From contig JAHIOX010000015.1 in assembly GCA_018895015.1 (NCBI GenBank), positions 11,533 through 75,532 of the forward strand: a stretch of DNA of 64,000 nucleotides, given 5' to 3'. Shown in pieces: positions 33,588 to 42,604 of this stretch (the stretch's first letter is position 1; every line of letters starts with the position of its first letter). A program made the position numbers and the translations under genes. This stretch comes from Patescibacteria group bacterium (GTDB lineage: Bacteria > Patescibacteriota > Minisyncoccia > UBA9983). The notes under the pieces were generated by a model, which saw nothing but the letters and a program-made list of their open reading frames with translations, ran no database searches and was not told the DNA's origin.

Positions 33588-34596
33588 AAAACAAAATAAC
33601 GATACGATAGAACTGGACCACGGCGGAGGAGGATACAAGTCGTGGGAATTGATTGAGGAAATCCGCGGGAATATGGCTGACAGCCGCCGACTGGCGAAAA
33701 AATGGCAAAATTGCGAAGACGACGCGGCAGTTTATAATTTAGGAAAACAAAAATTGGTTTTTACCACAGACGCTTTTATAATTGACCCGATATTTTTCCC
33801 GAGTGGCGACATAGGAAAAATAGCCGCTTGCGGCACAATAAACGATTTGGCGGTAATGGGCGCGAAACCGATAGGCCTTTCTTTAAGCATTGTGATTGAG
33901 GAAGGTTTTTCAAAAAAAGATTTGCTGAAAATCATCCGTTCAATAAATAATGTTTCCAAAGAAAGCGGCGTCCCTATTGTCACCGGCGACACCAAAGTAA
34001 CTGAGAAAGGGAAACTGGACAAAATTGAAATCACCACCGCCGGCGTCGGTCTAGCCGGGAAAATAATTGAAAATAAAGGAATTGAGACTGGCGATTTAAT
34101 AATCGCTTCCGGAGATCTTGGCGAACATGGCATAGCTCTGCTTTCGCAAAGATTTAATTGCAAAAGCAAAATAAAAAGCGATTGCAAACCTTTGAACAAA
34201 GAGATTGGAAGCGTCGCGAGCTATCTGCATTCTTGCAAAGACCCGACGCGCGGAGGATTGGCGGCGAATTTATATGAAATGGCGGAAAAATCCGGAGCGC
34301 GTATTATTTTGGAAGAAAAAAAACTTCCATACAAAAAAGAGGCTTTTGCCCTAGCGGAACTTTTGGGGATTGATATCTTTTCACTGCCCTCCGAGGGTAG
34401 ATTTATTGCTGCTGTTTCAGAAGGAGACGCGGAAAAAACTTTAAAAATACTTAAAAAAAATAATCCTGAAGCAAAAATCATAGGCAGAGCTGAAAAAGCA
34501 AGCAATAAAAACAGCGGCGTCTTCTTAAAAACAAGTATCGGCGGAATAAGGGAAATTGAAATGCCGAGAGGAAAATTAATTCCCAGAATTTGCTGA
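33577..34596 (+). CDS. hypE: Hydrogenase maturation factor HypE (carbamoyl dehydratase)
   Basis: AIR-synthase-related fold motifs and the HypE C-terminal ...PRIC ending with the catalytic Cys. Confidence 0.85.
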   Translation: MRAKKQNNDTIELDHGGGGYKSWELIEEIRGNMADSRRLAKKWQNCEDDAAVYNLGKQKLVFTTDAFIIDPIFFPSGDIGKIAACGTINDLAVMGAKPIGLSLSIVIEEGFSKKDLLKIIRSINNVSKESGVPIVTGDTKVTEKGKLDKIEITTAGVGLAGKIIENKGIETGDLIIASGDLGEHGIALLSQRFNCKSKIKSDCKPLNKEIGSVASYLHSCKDPTRGGLAANLYEMAEKSGARIILEEKKLPYKKEAFALAELLGIDIFSLPSEGRFIAAVSEGDAEKTLKILKKNNPEAKIIGRAEKASNKNSGVFLKTSIGGIREIEMPRGKLIPRIC

Positions 34597-35757
34597 CAAA
34601 TAATAAAAAACCTGACCAAAAGAAATTCCGGCGTCTCCGCGAGGAATTTTTTTATTGGCAACAGCTCCTTTTGATTCAAAATATTCGGAAATAATTTTAT
34701 TGTTCGCCATTCCCCCGCCAAAATAAACCGGCGCTTCCATATTTTTGGCTAAAAAATTATCCTCAACTATTTTATAAAGCCCTTTCGCCAGATAACTTTG
34801 GGCCGCGGCCGCCTTTTTATTTTTCTGGCGCGTGTTTTTCGCAAGATATTTAAAAAGCGGCGCTAAGCGCAAAATAAAAATTCCATTTTCATTTTTTATT
34901 TCCGGCTTAATATCCTTATAAACTACTGATGAATTTTTTTCCAATAAATCAATCGGCTCGTGCTTATAACCCCTTCTGTTTCCGCAAAAACCCAATAAAA
35001 TTGAAGCCGCGTCCAATACTCTTGCCGAGCTTGATGTTTCCGCGCAGTTAAAATTTTGCATGAGCTGATTGCGCAAAATCTCAAATTGTTTTTTTGAATA
35101 ATATTTTTTTAAATATTTATAAACCGATTCTTTGTCTAAAAATCCGCTTAAAATAACCATCAGCATTCTGGCTGGCTCCTCCACAGCCAATTCTCCGCCA
35201 AGCATAATTTGATTCTCCAAATGCCCTATCCTTTCAACGGCTACAGCGCTACGCGCGGAAAACCGGTTTTTAATTTTAATTCTGAAAATTTCTCCGCCCC
35301 ATATTTTTCCATCCAAACCATAACCTGTACCATCCATAGCTATTCCGCAAAAATTATCTGTTTTTCCAAAATTCGCCTCTCCATACGCGGAAAAAATATG
35401 CGCTATGTGATGCTGAACCTGAAAAAATTTCGCTCCGAATTTTCGCGCGAGCTCGTTTCCCATGGCTGTAGTTTTAAAAAGCGGATGTAAATCTGATATG
35501 ACTATATCCGGCTTTATATCATTTTGCTTTAAATATTCCAAAACTGATTTTTTGAAAAACCGGAAATTAGCTTCGTCTAAAAGATCTCCGAAATCATCTG
35601 ACAAAAATATTTTTCCTTTTCTGCAAACGCAAAAAACGCCGCAAGATTCGGCGCCCAATGCTATGACCGTTTTTTTCTTTTGAAAAGGCGTATTAAACCT
35701 TATCACATTTTTATGCTCTATCTTGATACAAAAGGAATGAGTCCCAAGAATCGGCAC
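34576..35757 (-). CDS. hypF: HypF-like carbamoyltransferase, C-terminal Kae1/YrdC-like portion only (truncated relative to canonical HypF)
   Basis: VQHHIAHI and GGVANN-type Kae1-like motifs. No acylphosphatase or zinc-finger N-terminal domains in a 393-aa ORF. Start uncertain (overlaps rpsR). Confidence 0.5.
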   Translation of the reverse strand: MPILGTHSFCIKIEHKNVIRFNTPFQKKKTVIALGAESCGVFCVCRKGKIFLSDDFGDLLDEANFRFFKKSVLEYLKQNDIKPDIVISDLHPLFKTTAMGNELARKFGAKFFQVQHHIAHIFSAYGEANFGKTDNFCGIAMDGTGYGLDGKIWGGEIFRIKIKNRFSARSAVAVERIGHLENQIMLGGELAVEEPARMLMVILSGFLDKESVYKYLKKYYSKKQFEILRNQLMQNFNCAETSSSARVLDAASILLGFCGNRRGYKHEPIDLLEKNSSVVYKDIKPEIKNENGIFILRLAPLFKYLAKNTRQKNKKAAAAQSYLAKGLYKIVEDNFLAKNMEAPVYFGGGMANNKIISEYFESKGAVANKKIPRGDAGISFGQVFYYLSANSGN

Positions 35758-35918
35758 CGTTTTACCGCGCGCGCCAATTTTCTCTGGTGTTTGGCGCAGA
35801 CATTTGTTTCTTCTCTTGGCAAAATTTTTGACTGAAAATTCAAAAATTTTTTAAGAAGCTCCGACTCTTTGTAATCAACCTCTTTTATATTGTTTGTGCA
35901 AAAATAACACTGTCGCAT
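35718..35918 (-). CDS. rpsR: 30S ribosomal protein S18
   Basis: S18 family (CYFCTNNIKEVDYK...RAVKRCRFLGLIP). Confidence 0.85.
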   Translation of the reverse strand: MRQCYFCTNNIKEVDYKESELLKKFLNFQSKILPREETNVCAKHQRKLARAVKRCRFLGLIPFVSR

Positions 35919-35931
35919 GGTTTTTATAAAA

Positions 35932-36369
35932 TTAAAAAGGTATTTCCTCCGGGTTAATATCTTCTTCCGGATACTCTATTGTTTCCAATTCTTCCGGCGC
36001 GCTTTCCGGCTTTTGCTTTTGAGAAACGCCCTGGCTCTCCGCTCTTCGCGGCCCAAACTGAATTCTCTCCGCCACTATTTCCGTCCTATTCTTTTTTGAG
36101 CCGTCCTGCGCATCCCAATTTCTTGTTTGTATCCTGCCTTCCACAAAAACAAGGCTTCCTTTTTTTAAATATTGCGACGCTAAGTCAGCCAATTTCCCGA
36201 ATACCACTATATTGTGGAATTGGGCATCTTGCTGATTTTGGCCCTGCTGATTTTTCCAAATTCTGTTAGTCGCCACCCCAAAAGAAACTACCGGCACGCC
36301 CGACGGCAACGACCTTGATTCCGGGTCTCTTGTCAAATTTCCTATAATAAACGCTTTATTTAAATTCAT
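35932..36369 (-). CDS. ssb: Single-stranded DNA-binding protein
   Basis: OB-fold SSB with acidic C-terminal tail ...PEEIPF. Confidence 0.9.
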   Translation of the reverse strand: MNLNKAFIIGNLTRDPESRSLPSGVPVVSFGVATNRIWKNQQGQNQQDAQFHNIVVFGKLADLASQYLKKGSLVFVEGRIQTRNWDAQDGSKKNRTEIVAERIQFGPRRAESQGVSQKQKPESAPEELETIEYPEEDINPEEIPF

Positions 36370-36381
36370 AATCGTAAAAAT

Positions 36382-36825
36382 TTATACTCCTAATAATTCT
36401 TCTAATTTTTTATCAATCTCTTCACTTTTTATTCCCGTCTTCTCATCCATTCCTTCTGTTTTTTTCACTCCGGCAATTTTCTTTCTGCCAATCAGTTTTT
36501 TATCGCGCAATTTTACAACGCCTGTTTCTTTTGCCGGTTTAATAACCAAAAAGCGAAGAACGTTGTCATTTTTTTCAAAAGACGCTGAAATATCATTTAT
36601 AATTTCTGAATTTGCCATAAATTTAACCCAGCCAAAATGCGCGCTGTCAAAACTTTTTATTGAATACGCTAATTTTTGCGCTTTCGGGCGGCCTTCCATT
36701 AAAATAAGGCCATGCTTATCTTCTATGAATTTTCTCAGATTGGAAACATTATCATCCAGCTTGTCTTCCGGGATAAGCGGCGTCAGCAAATAACCTATTT
36801 CATATGTATTTTGATTTTTTTCCAT
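36382..36825 (-). CDS. rpsF: 30S ribosomal protein S6
   Basis: S6 family N-terminal domain (YEIGYLLTP...), with a Lys/Glu-rich C-terminal extension. Confidence 0.8.
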   Translation of the reverse strand: MEKNQNTYEIGYLLTPLIPEDKLDDNVSNLRKFIEDKHGLILMEGRPKAQKLAYSIKSFDSAHFGWVKFMANSEIINDISASFEKNDNVLRFLVIKPAKETGVVKLRDKKLIGRKKIAGVKKTEGMDEKTGIKSEEIDKKLEELLGV

Positions 36826-36886
36826 AAAACCATACTAACAAATAAATATAGTTTAGGCAATCCCATGTGACTGGACAAGGCAAAAA

Positions 36887-36895
36887 TGATATAAT
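36887..36895 (+). promoter_or_regulatory. Extended -10 promoter element TGaTATAAT immediately upstream of pgm (leaderless or near-leaderless start)
   Basis: TGATATAAT ends 6 nt before ATG 36902, with an upstream TGACTG -35-like hexamer at the right spacing. Confidence 0.4.
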
Positions 36896-36901
36896 TAAAC
36901 A

Positions 36902-38050
36902 ATGAAAATCAAGCAATCCATATTTAAAGAATACGATATCAGGGGGAGGTATCCGAGCGAAATAAACAAAGACGCCGCTTATAAAATAGGCAGGGCTTTG
37001 GCCATTTTTTTAAAACTTAAACACAAAAATAAGATTATTGTTGCCAGAGATGGCCGCCCGAGCTCTCCGGCGCTCTCTAAAGCTTTTGTTTCCGGAATAA
37101 TTGATTCCGGCGCCAGCGCGATAGACATAGGCATAGTTACAACCCCAACGCTTTATTTCGCTGTCCCATTTTTAAAAGCCGACGGAGGCGCGATGGTCAC
37201 CGCTTCGCACAACCCGATAAGCGATAACGGGATAAAGCTTGTCAAAAAAGAGTCGGAGCCGCTCAACGAAAAATCTTTATTAAAAATTTATGAAATCGCG
37301 AACAATCTTCCGGATAGACTCCCGGGCAAACTGGGAGAATATAAAAAAATGGATGTTGAAAAAGATTATCTTGAAGCAATGCTCAGCGATTACAAAATTA
37401 ACAAGCCTGGCTTTTCTTATTCTTTTGATTACGACGGCGACCGGTTAATGCTCAAAAATAAAAATGGTAAAGAAATAAGAGGCGACATAGCCGGAGGCAT
37501 TATGGCCGACACAGTCGCGAACGCCGGTGATACCATTGTTTACGACGTAAGATGTTCGCACGGCGTCGTAAAGTATTTTGAAAACAAAGGAATCATTGCC
37601 GCTCCAAGCCGAACTGGGCACTCCAATATCAAAAAATTAATGAGAGAAAAAAACGCAATCTTTGGCATGGAAATAACCGGCCATTACTATTTTAAAAAAT
37701 TCCATTATTGCGAATCGCCATTGTACGGAATAAAAAAAATAGCTGAAAAAATAAGCGAGAGCGGAAAAAACATTGATGAATTGTCAAAGCCCTTTATGAA
37801 ATACTGCCATTCAGGAATAATAAACACCTCTGCCAAGGGCGGGCGAATCGAAAAAATTATAGAAAAATTGAAAGAAGAATATAAAAATGGAGCCCAGAAT
37901 GAACTGGACGGCTTAACAGTAGAATTTTCAAACTGGTGGTTCAACATCCAGCCGTCTCAAACAGAACCAATTATACGGCTAGTGATAGAAACAAAAACAC
38001 CGCAACTTTTAGCGGAAAAGAAAAAAGAATTGTTGAAACTTATATCTTAA
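36902..38050 (+). CDS. Phosphoglucomutase/phosphomannomutase family protein (short form)
   Basis: Active-site TASHNP, metal-binding DGDGDR-like FDYDGDR, GEYK... motifs. Confidence 0.8.
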   Translation: MKIKQSIFKEYDIRGRYPSEINKDAAYKIGRALAIFLKLKHKNKIIVARDGRPSSPALSKAFVSGIIDSGASAIDIGIVTTPTLYFAVPFLKADGGAMVTASHNPISDNGIKLVKKESEPLNEKSLLKIYEIANNLPDRLPGKLGEYKKMDVEKDYLEAMLSDYKINKPGFSYSFDYDGDRLMLKNKNGKEIRGDIAGGIMADTVANAGDTIVYDVRCSHGVVKYFENKGIIAAPSRTGHSNIKKLMREKNAIFGMEITGHYYFKKFHYCESPLYGIKKIAEKISESGKNIDELSKPFMKYCHSGIINTSAKGGRIEKIIEKLKEEYKNGAQNELDGLTVEFSNWWFNIQPSQTEPIIRLVIETKTPQLLAEKKKELLKLIS

Positions 38051-38829
38051 ATTCTAAATAAGTTTAATGCGTTGGCGGTTGTGACTTTTGCCGCTTCTTC
38101 TTCTGAAATGCCTTTTATCTCCGCGATTTTTTTGGCAACCTCAATAACATACGACGGCTCGTTGCGCTGGCCCCTGTAAGTAATCGGCGCAACGAACGGC
38201 GCGTCGGTTTCAATCATAATTTTATCCAACGGCGCGTTTCTGATTATTTCATCATAGTCTCGAGCAAAAGTGATAACGCCAGTGAAAGAAATTAAAAATC
38301 CCAGTTCAAAATATTTTTCCGCCTGCTCCAGACTGCCGGAGAAAAAATGAATATCGCCTCGCAGTTTTTGGCATTTATGCAAATTAAGAATTTCCAAAAC
38401 ATCTTTGTGCGCATCGCGGCAATGAATCATTAATGGCTTATCCAATTCTATCGCCAATTCAATCTGTTGTTTTAAAATATCTTTTTGTCTTGCTAAATAA
38501 TCTTTTTCTCTGCGAAAAATATCAATTCCGCATTCCCCTATTGCCATCACTTTTGGATGTTGAGTCAATTTGCGCAACTTGGAAATCCAGTTTCCACTTG
38601 GAAACTGGATTTCCAAGTTCTCTGCATCCGTAGGATGCAGACCCACTGAAGCAAACATCCCTTCGTATTTTCCCGCGATTTCCACGGCCTTTTTAGAGCT
38701 TTCAAAATCCACACCAACAATAATAGTCCAAATTCCATGAGCCAACATCCGTTTGATGACTTCTTCCCTGTCTTTATCAAAATCCGCAAAATTCAAATGC
38801 GAATGAATGTCAAAATATTTTGGAATCAT
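38047..38829 (-). CDS. tatD: TatD-family metal-dependent DNase/hydrolase
   Basis: TatD motifs (FDIHSHL, AIGECGID, HCRDA, ETDAPF). Contains the type A palindrome, encoding EIQFPSGNWISK. Confidence 0.85.
   Translation of the reverse strand: MIPKYFDIHSHLNFADFDKDREEVIKRMLAHGIWTIIVGVDFESSKKAVEIAGKYEGMFASVGLHPTDAENLEIQFPSGNWISKLRKLTQHPKVMAIGECGIDIFRREKDYLARQKDILKQQIELAIELDKPLMIHCRDAHKDVLEILNLHKCQKLRGDIHFFSGSLEQAEKYFELGFLISFTGVITFARDYDEIIRNAPLDKIMIETDAPFVAPITYRGQRNEPSYVIEVAKKIAEIKGISEEEAAKVTTANALNLFRI
38578..38617. repeat. In-frame intragenic palindromic element, type A
   Basis: cttggaaatccagtttcca ct tggaaactggatttccaag. Perfect 19-bp arms. Confidence 0.8.
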
Positions 38830-38832
38830 AAT

Positions 38833-40305
38833 CTATTTTCTCAAAAACAACGGCTCCGGCATTTTATTCGCTTCAATGGCGCGAAGAATTTTTTCTGAAG
38901 TTTCCGGCAAAAATGGTCCCAGCATAATCGCGACTTCGAAAAGCCCGCTGACTAATTCCAGTAAAATTTTTTTGGCCGCCTTCTCGTCTATTTTTATCAG
39001 CTTGAACGGCTCTGTTTCCTGAATTTTTTTATCCAAATCGGAAATTTTTTGCCAAATAAAATCCATTGCTTTATTCAATTCAAAATCATCCATAAACTTT
39101 TTGTAGTCTTCCGGCACTTGGACATCCAGTGTCCAAGTGGACACTGGATGTCCGCTATCAAAATATTGTTCGCTCATCTTCATAATTCTTGCCGTTAAAT
39201 TTCCCAATCCGTTGGCAAGATTGGCGTTATACGCTTCTTTGAATTTTTCTTCCGTTATGTCGCCGTCTTCAAATATTGTTATCTCTCTCAACAAATAATA
39301 ACGGACCGCGTCTGCCCCGTATCCTTCAATCAAATCAAACGGGTTTATAACATTGCCCAAAGTTTTAGACATTTTTCTGCCGCCGGAAAGCGCAAATCCG
39401 TGCACTAAAATTTCTTTAGGCAAAGGCAAGCCGGCGGACAAAAGCATCGCCGGCCATACAATCGCGTGGAAACGTGAAATGTCTTTGCCTATGACATGCA
39501 AATCCGCCGGCCAAAATTTCGCAAAATTGATATCGTCAGTGCTTCCATATCCAAGAGCGGAAATATAATTCGCGAGCGCGTCGCACCAAACATACATAAT
39601 CTGGCTTGAATCATTTGGAACGGGCACGCCCCAATCCAACTTTTCAACCGGCCTTGAAAAACTTATATCTTCCAACCCGTCGCCAAGCATCACCAGCGCC
39701 TCGTTTTTTCTTGAAACAGGAATAATTTTAAATTCGTCTGATTTTATTTTATTTTTTATTTCTTCCGCGTATTTTGAAAGCCTGAAAAAATAATTTTTTT
39801 CTTCAATCAATTCCGGCTCCTTGTCGTGAATCGGGCATTTCCCGTCAACTAATTCTTTTTCAGTTATATACGCCTCGCATCCGATGCAATAATATCCTTT
39901 GTATTTTGCCTTATAAATATCGCCGGAATCATCAAGTTTTTTCCAGAGCGACTGCACGCCAGGCCAATGCCGTTTTTTATCAGTAGTCCGTATAAAATCG
40001 TCAATTGAAATGCTCAATGCCACTGCAAGCTTTTTGTACATTTCAACATTTTCGTCAACAAAATCTTTTACATTCTTGCCGCGCGCTTCGGCCATTTTCA
40101 ATATTTTAATCCCGTGCTCATCCGCACCTGATAAAAAATAAACTTCTTTTCCCAAAAAACGCTGGTATCGGGCAATAACATCCGCCTGCGTTTTCTCCAG
40201 CGCGTGGCCAAAATGAGGAACGTCACTGGCATAATCAATGGCAGTTGTAATATAAAATTTTTCCATTTTAACCGGCAGCCCTATGTTTTTTATGGTCAAT
40301 ATCAT
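38833..40305 (-). CDS. metG: Methionyl-tRNA synthetase (short, single-chain form)
   Basis: Class I HIGH (PHFGHALE) and KMSKS (KMSKT) motifs, zinc knuckle CIGCE...CPIH. Contains the type B palindrome, encoding GHPVSTWTLDVQV. Confidence 0.9.
   Translation of the reverse strand: MILTIKNIGLPVKMEKFYITTAIDYASDVPHFGHALEKTQADVIARYQRFLGKEVYFLSGADEHGIKILKMAEARGKNVKDFVDENVEMYKKLAVALSISIDDFIRTTDKKRHWPGVQSLWKKLDDSGDIYKAKYKGYYCIGCEAYITEKELVDGKCPIHDKEPELIEEKNYFFRLSKYAEEIKNKIKSDEFKIIPVSRKNEALVMLGDGLEDISFSRPVEKLDWGVPVPNDSSQIMYVWCDALANYISALGYGSTDDINFAKFWPADLHVIGKDISRFHAIVWPAMLLSAGLPLPKEILVHGFALSGGRKMSKTLGNVINPFDLIEGYGADAVRYYLLREITIFEDGDITEEKFKEAYNANLANGLGNLTARIMKMSEQYFDSGHPVSTWTLDVQVPEDYKKFMDDFELNKAMDFIWQKISDLDKKIQETEPFKLIKIDEKAAKKILLELVSGLFEVAIMLGPFLPETSEKILRAIEANKMPEPLFLRK
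39115..39153. repeat. In-frame intragenic palindromic element, type B
   Basis: cacttggacatccagtgtcc aagt ggacactggatgtccgc. Perfect 15-bp arms ggacatccagtgtcc / ggacactggatgtcc. Confidence 0.8.
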
Positions 40306-41308
40306 TCAAAATTTCAACCAGAATAGTAACCACGGGGACAGCCAAAAGCATGCCGATTAACCCGGCCAATTTAGCCCCTGCCACAAGAGCCAAAATCGTC
40401 ATTATTGGCGGGATGCCGACTATTTTTCTTACCACCAGCGGATAGATCAAATGATTTTCAAATTGCTGGACTACGATATAAAGAATAAGAACCTTAAGAG
40501 CCAAAATCGGGCTGATAGACAAAGCCACGGCTATCGGCGGAATAGACGCTAAAATGGGGCCGAATACCGGAATTAGCTCAAACATTCCGGCAAGGAGCGC
40601 GAAAGCAAGCGCGTATTCAATGCCCAATATGCTCAAGCCAAGGAAAGAAAGAACGGCTATTATTACGCCGAGCAAAAACTGGCCCTGCAACCAAAGCCCG
40701 ATCTTCCGGCGAGCCCTTAGCCATAAATCAATAATATACTCTTCGTGCTTGATTGGTATAATGATGCGAAGAAAATTTTCTATTCCTTTTTCCTGAACAG
40801 ACAAGTAAAAAGAAAGCACGACTACCAAAACAAGCGAAACCGCCCCACCGAAAAGGCTTGCGGCGCCATGGGAAAAATCGGTTTTAAAATTCTCTAAATA
40901 TCGAGAGGCGTCTGCGGCAAAATTCCTTAACAAACCGGAAATAGATGAAGGGAAAACCGCGAGAAGCTCGTCTAAAACATTTTGCTCGGCTGGTCTTTCA
41001 AAATAAGCGTCCATTTTTACGACAAATGAAGAAAATTCAGAAAAAATCGCGGGAATTATGATATAAAACATCAATCCAATCGCCACAAAAGTTATAAGAT
41101 ATATAAAAATAACGGCTGGAGTGCGAGGAATCTTTCTTTTTTGGAACCAAACGGCGGCAGGCTCCACGCCAGAAGCTATTACAACCGAAAGAAGAATTAC
41201 CGCGATCAAATCGCGTGTCAAATAAAGAAAAATTAAAAGCAAAACGGTAAAAACAACTTTTATAATAGCGCCTGTCGCGATATTGATTGTTATTTTTTTA
41301 TCAGTCAT
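40268..41308 (-). CDS. AI-2E family transporter (PerM/UPF0118-like permease)
   Basis: 8-TM topology with conserved C-terminal GLIGMLLAVP-like segment. Confidence 0.55.
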   Translation of the reverse strand: MTDKKITINIATGAIIKVVFTVLLLIFLYLTRDLIAVILLSVVIASGVEPAAVWFQKRKIPRTPAVIFIYLITFVAIGLMFYIIIPAIFSEFSSFVVKMDAYFERPAEQNVLDELLAVFPSSISGLLRNFAADASRYLENFKTDFSHGAASLFGGAVSLVLVVVLSFYLSVQEKGIENFLRIIIPIKHEEYIIDLWLRARRKIGLWLQGQFLLGVIIAVLSFLGLSILGIEYALAFALLAGMFELIPVFGPILASIPPIAVALSISPILALKVLILYIVVQQFENHLIYPLVVRKIVGIPPIMTILALVAGAKLAGLIGMLLAVPVVTILVEILNDIDHKKHRAAG

Positions 41309-41317
41309 GCCAATTGG

Positions 41318-42604
41318 CTATAAATTTGAAAATAATTTTTTATAAAACGCCGCGCTTTCTGCGGTATCTTCCTGATTGCCGATAACAGCCATGTTAATTT
41401 TATTAGACCGGAAAATATCTCTCGCTACTTCCAGAATATCATCCTTGCTTACTTTTTCAATCTTTTTTATAATCTCTTCCGGTTGCATAATCTTTTTATA
41501 AAAAAGCTCCTGCCCGGCGATAAACGACGCGATCTCGTCAGTAGATTCCAATCTTAACGCCATTTGTCCCCTTAAAAACCCCTTTGCGAAATCCAAATCT
41601 TTTTTAGAAATTCCATTCTTTTTAATGCCGCCGATCATATCTGTGATTTTGCCGATGACTTTCTTCAATTTTTCATGAGGAATTCCGGCAGCCATTCCCA
41701 AATATCCGCAATCGGCATACTGGTCGCCAAAAGCGTAAACATAATACGCAAGCCCGAGTTTTTCCCTTATTTCAACAAAAAGGCGCGAAGACATATTCCC
41801 GCCCAAAATCACAGACAAAATATTTAGCGCGTACCTGCGCTCATCAAACATGCTATATCCACTTGCCGCTATCGCGAAATGGGTTTGGTCGGAATCTTTT
41901 CGCAAAATTTTTACATTTGGCGCCTTTTGAAAAACTAAAGTTTTTTTATACGATTTATTTTTGCCATTATCAAGGCGGTCAAAAGCTTTTTCAACTTTTT
42001 GAAAAATTATTTTTTCGTCAATTCCGCCAGCGACAACAACAACAATATTTTTAGAAAAATAGTTTTTTAACTTAAAGTCTATAATGTCGGCGCGCCTTAT
42101 GACGCGGACGTTTTCTTTTGTTCCTATGATATCCCAGCCGACTGGCTGGTCGCCGTAAATAACATTTTCTATAACATCCAAAACTTTTTTTCTTGGTTCA
42201 TCTTCATACATGCTGATTTCCTGCAAAATCACCCCTCGTTCTTTCTCAATCTCTTCTTCCTTAAAAATAGATTCCTGCAAAATATCGGAAACAATATCCA
42301 GGCTTTCATCAAAATCCCCTACCGAAGATTTTACCCAAAATCCCGTATTTTCTTTTGATGTGAAAGCATTATACGACGCGCCCATTCTGTCAAGCTCCTT
42401 AAAAACTTCGCCAGCCTTTGGCCTGTTTTTCGTGCCTTTGAAAAACAAGTGCTCCAAAAAATGAGAAATGCCGTTTATTTTTTTGGTTTCGTGCCGCGAA
42501 CCAACGCCCACCAAAACCAAAAGAGTCACCGCTTCAGTATTTTTCATCGGCGCCGCAAACACCCTTAATCCGTTGTTTAAAACTTTTTTTTCAAAATGAA
42601 TCAT
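41318..42604 (-). CDS. M16-family zinc metallopeptidase (insulinase/PqqL-like)
   Basis: Inverted zinc-binding motif HFLEH...E in the N-terminal domain. Two-domain M16 architecture. Confidence 0.8.
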   Translation of the reverse strand: MIHFEKKVLNNGLRVFAAPMKNTEAVTLLVLVGVGSRHETKKINGISHFLEHLFFKGTKNRPKAGEVFKELDRMGASYNAFTSKENTGFWVKSSVGDFDESLDIVSDILQESIFKEEEIEKERGVILQEISMYEDEPRKKVLDVIENVIYGDQPVGWDIIGTKENVRVIRRADIIDFKLKNYFSKNIVVVVAGGIDEKIIFQKVEKAFDRLDNGKNKSYKKTLVFQKAPNVKILRKDSDQTHFAIAASGYSMFDERRYALNILSVILGGNMSSRLFVEIREKLGLAYYVYAFGDQYADCGYLGMAAGIPHEKLKKVIGKITDMIGGIKKNGISKKDLDFAKGFLRGQMALRLESTDEIASFIAGQELFYKKIMQPEEIIKKIEKVSKDDILEVARDIFRSNKINMAVIGNQEDTAESAAFYKKLFSNL

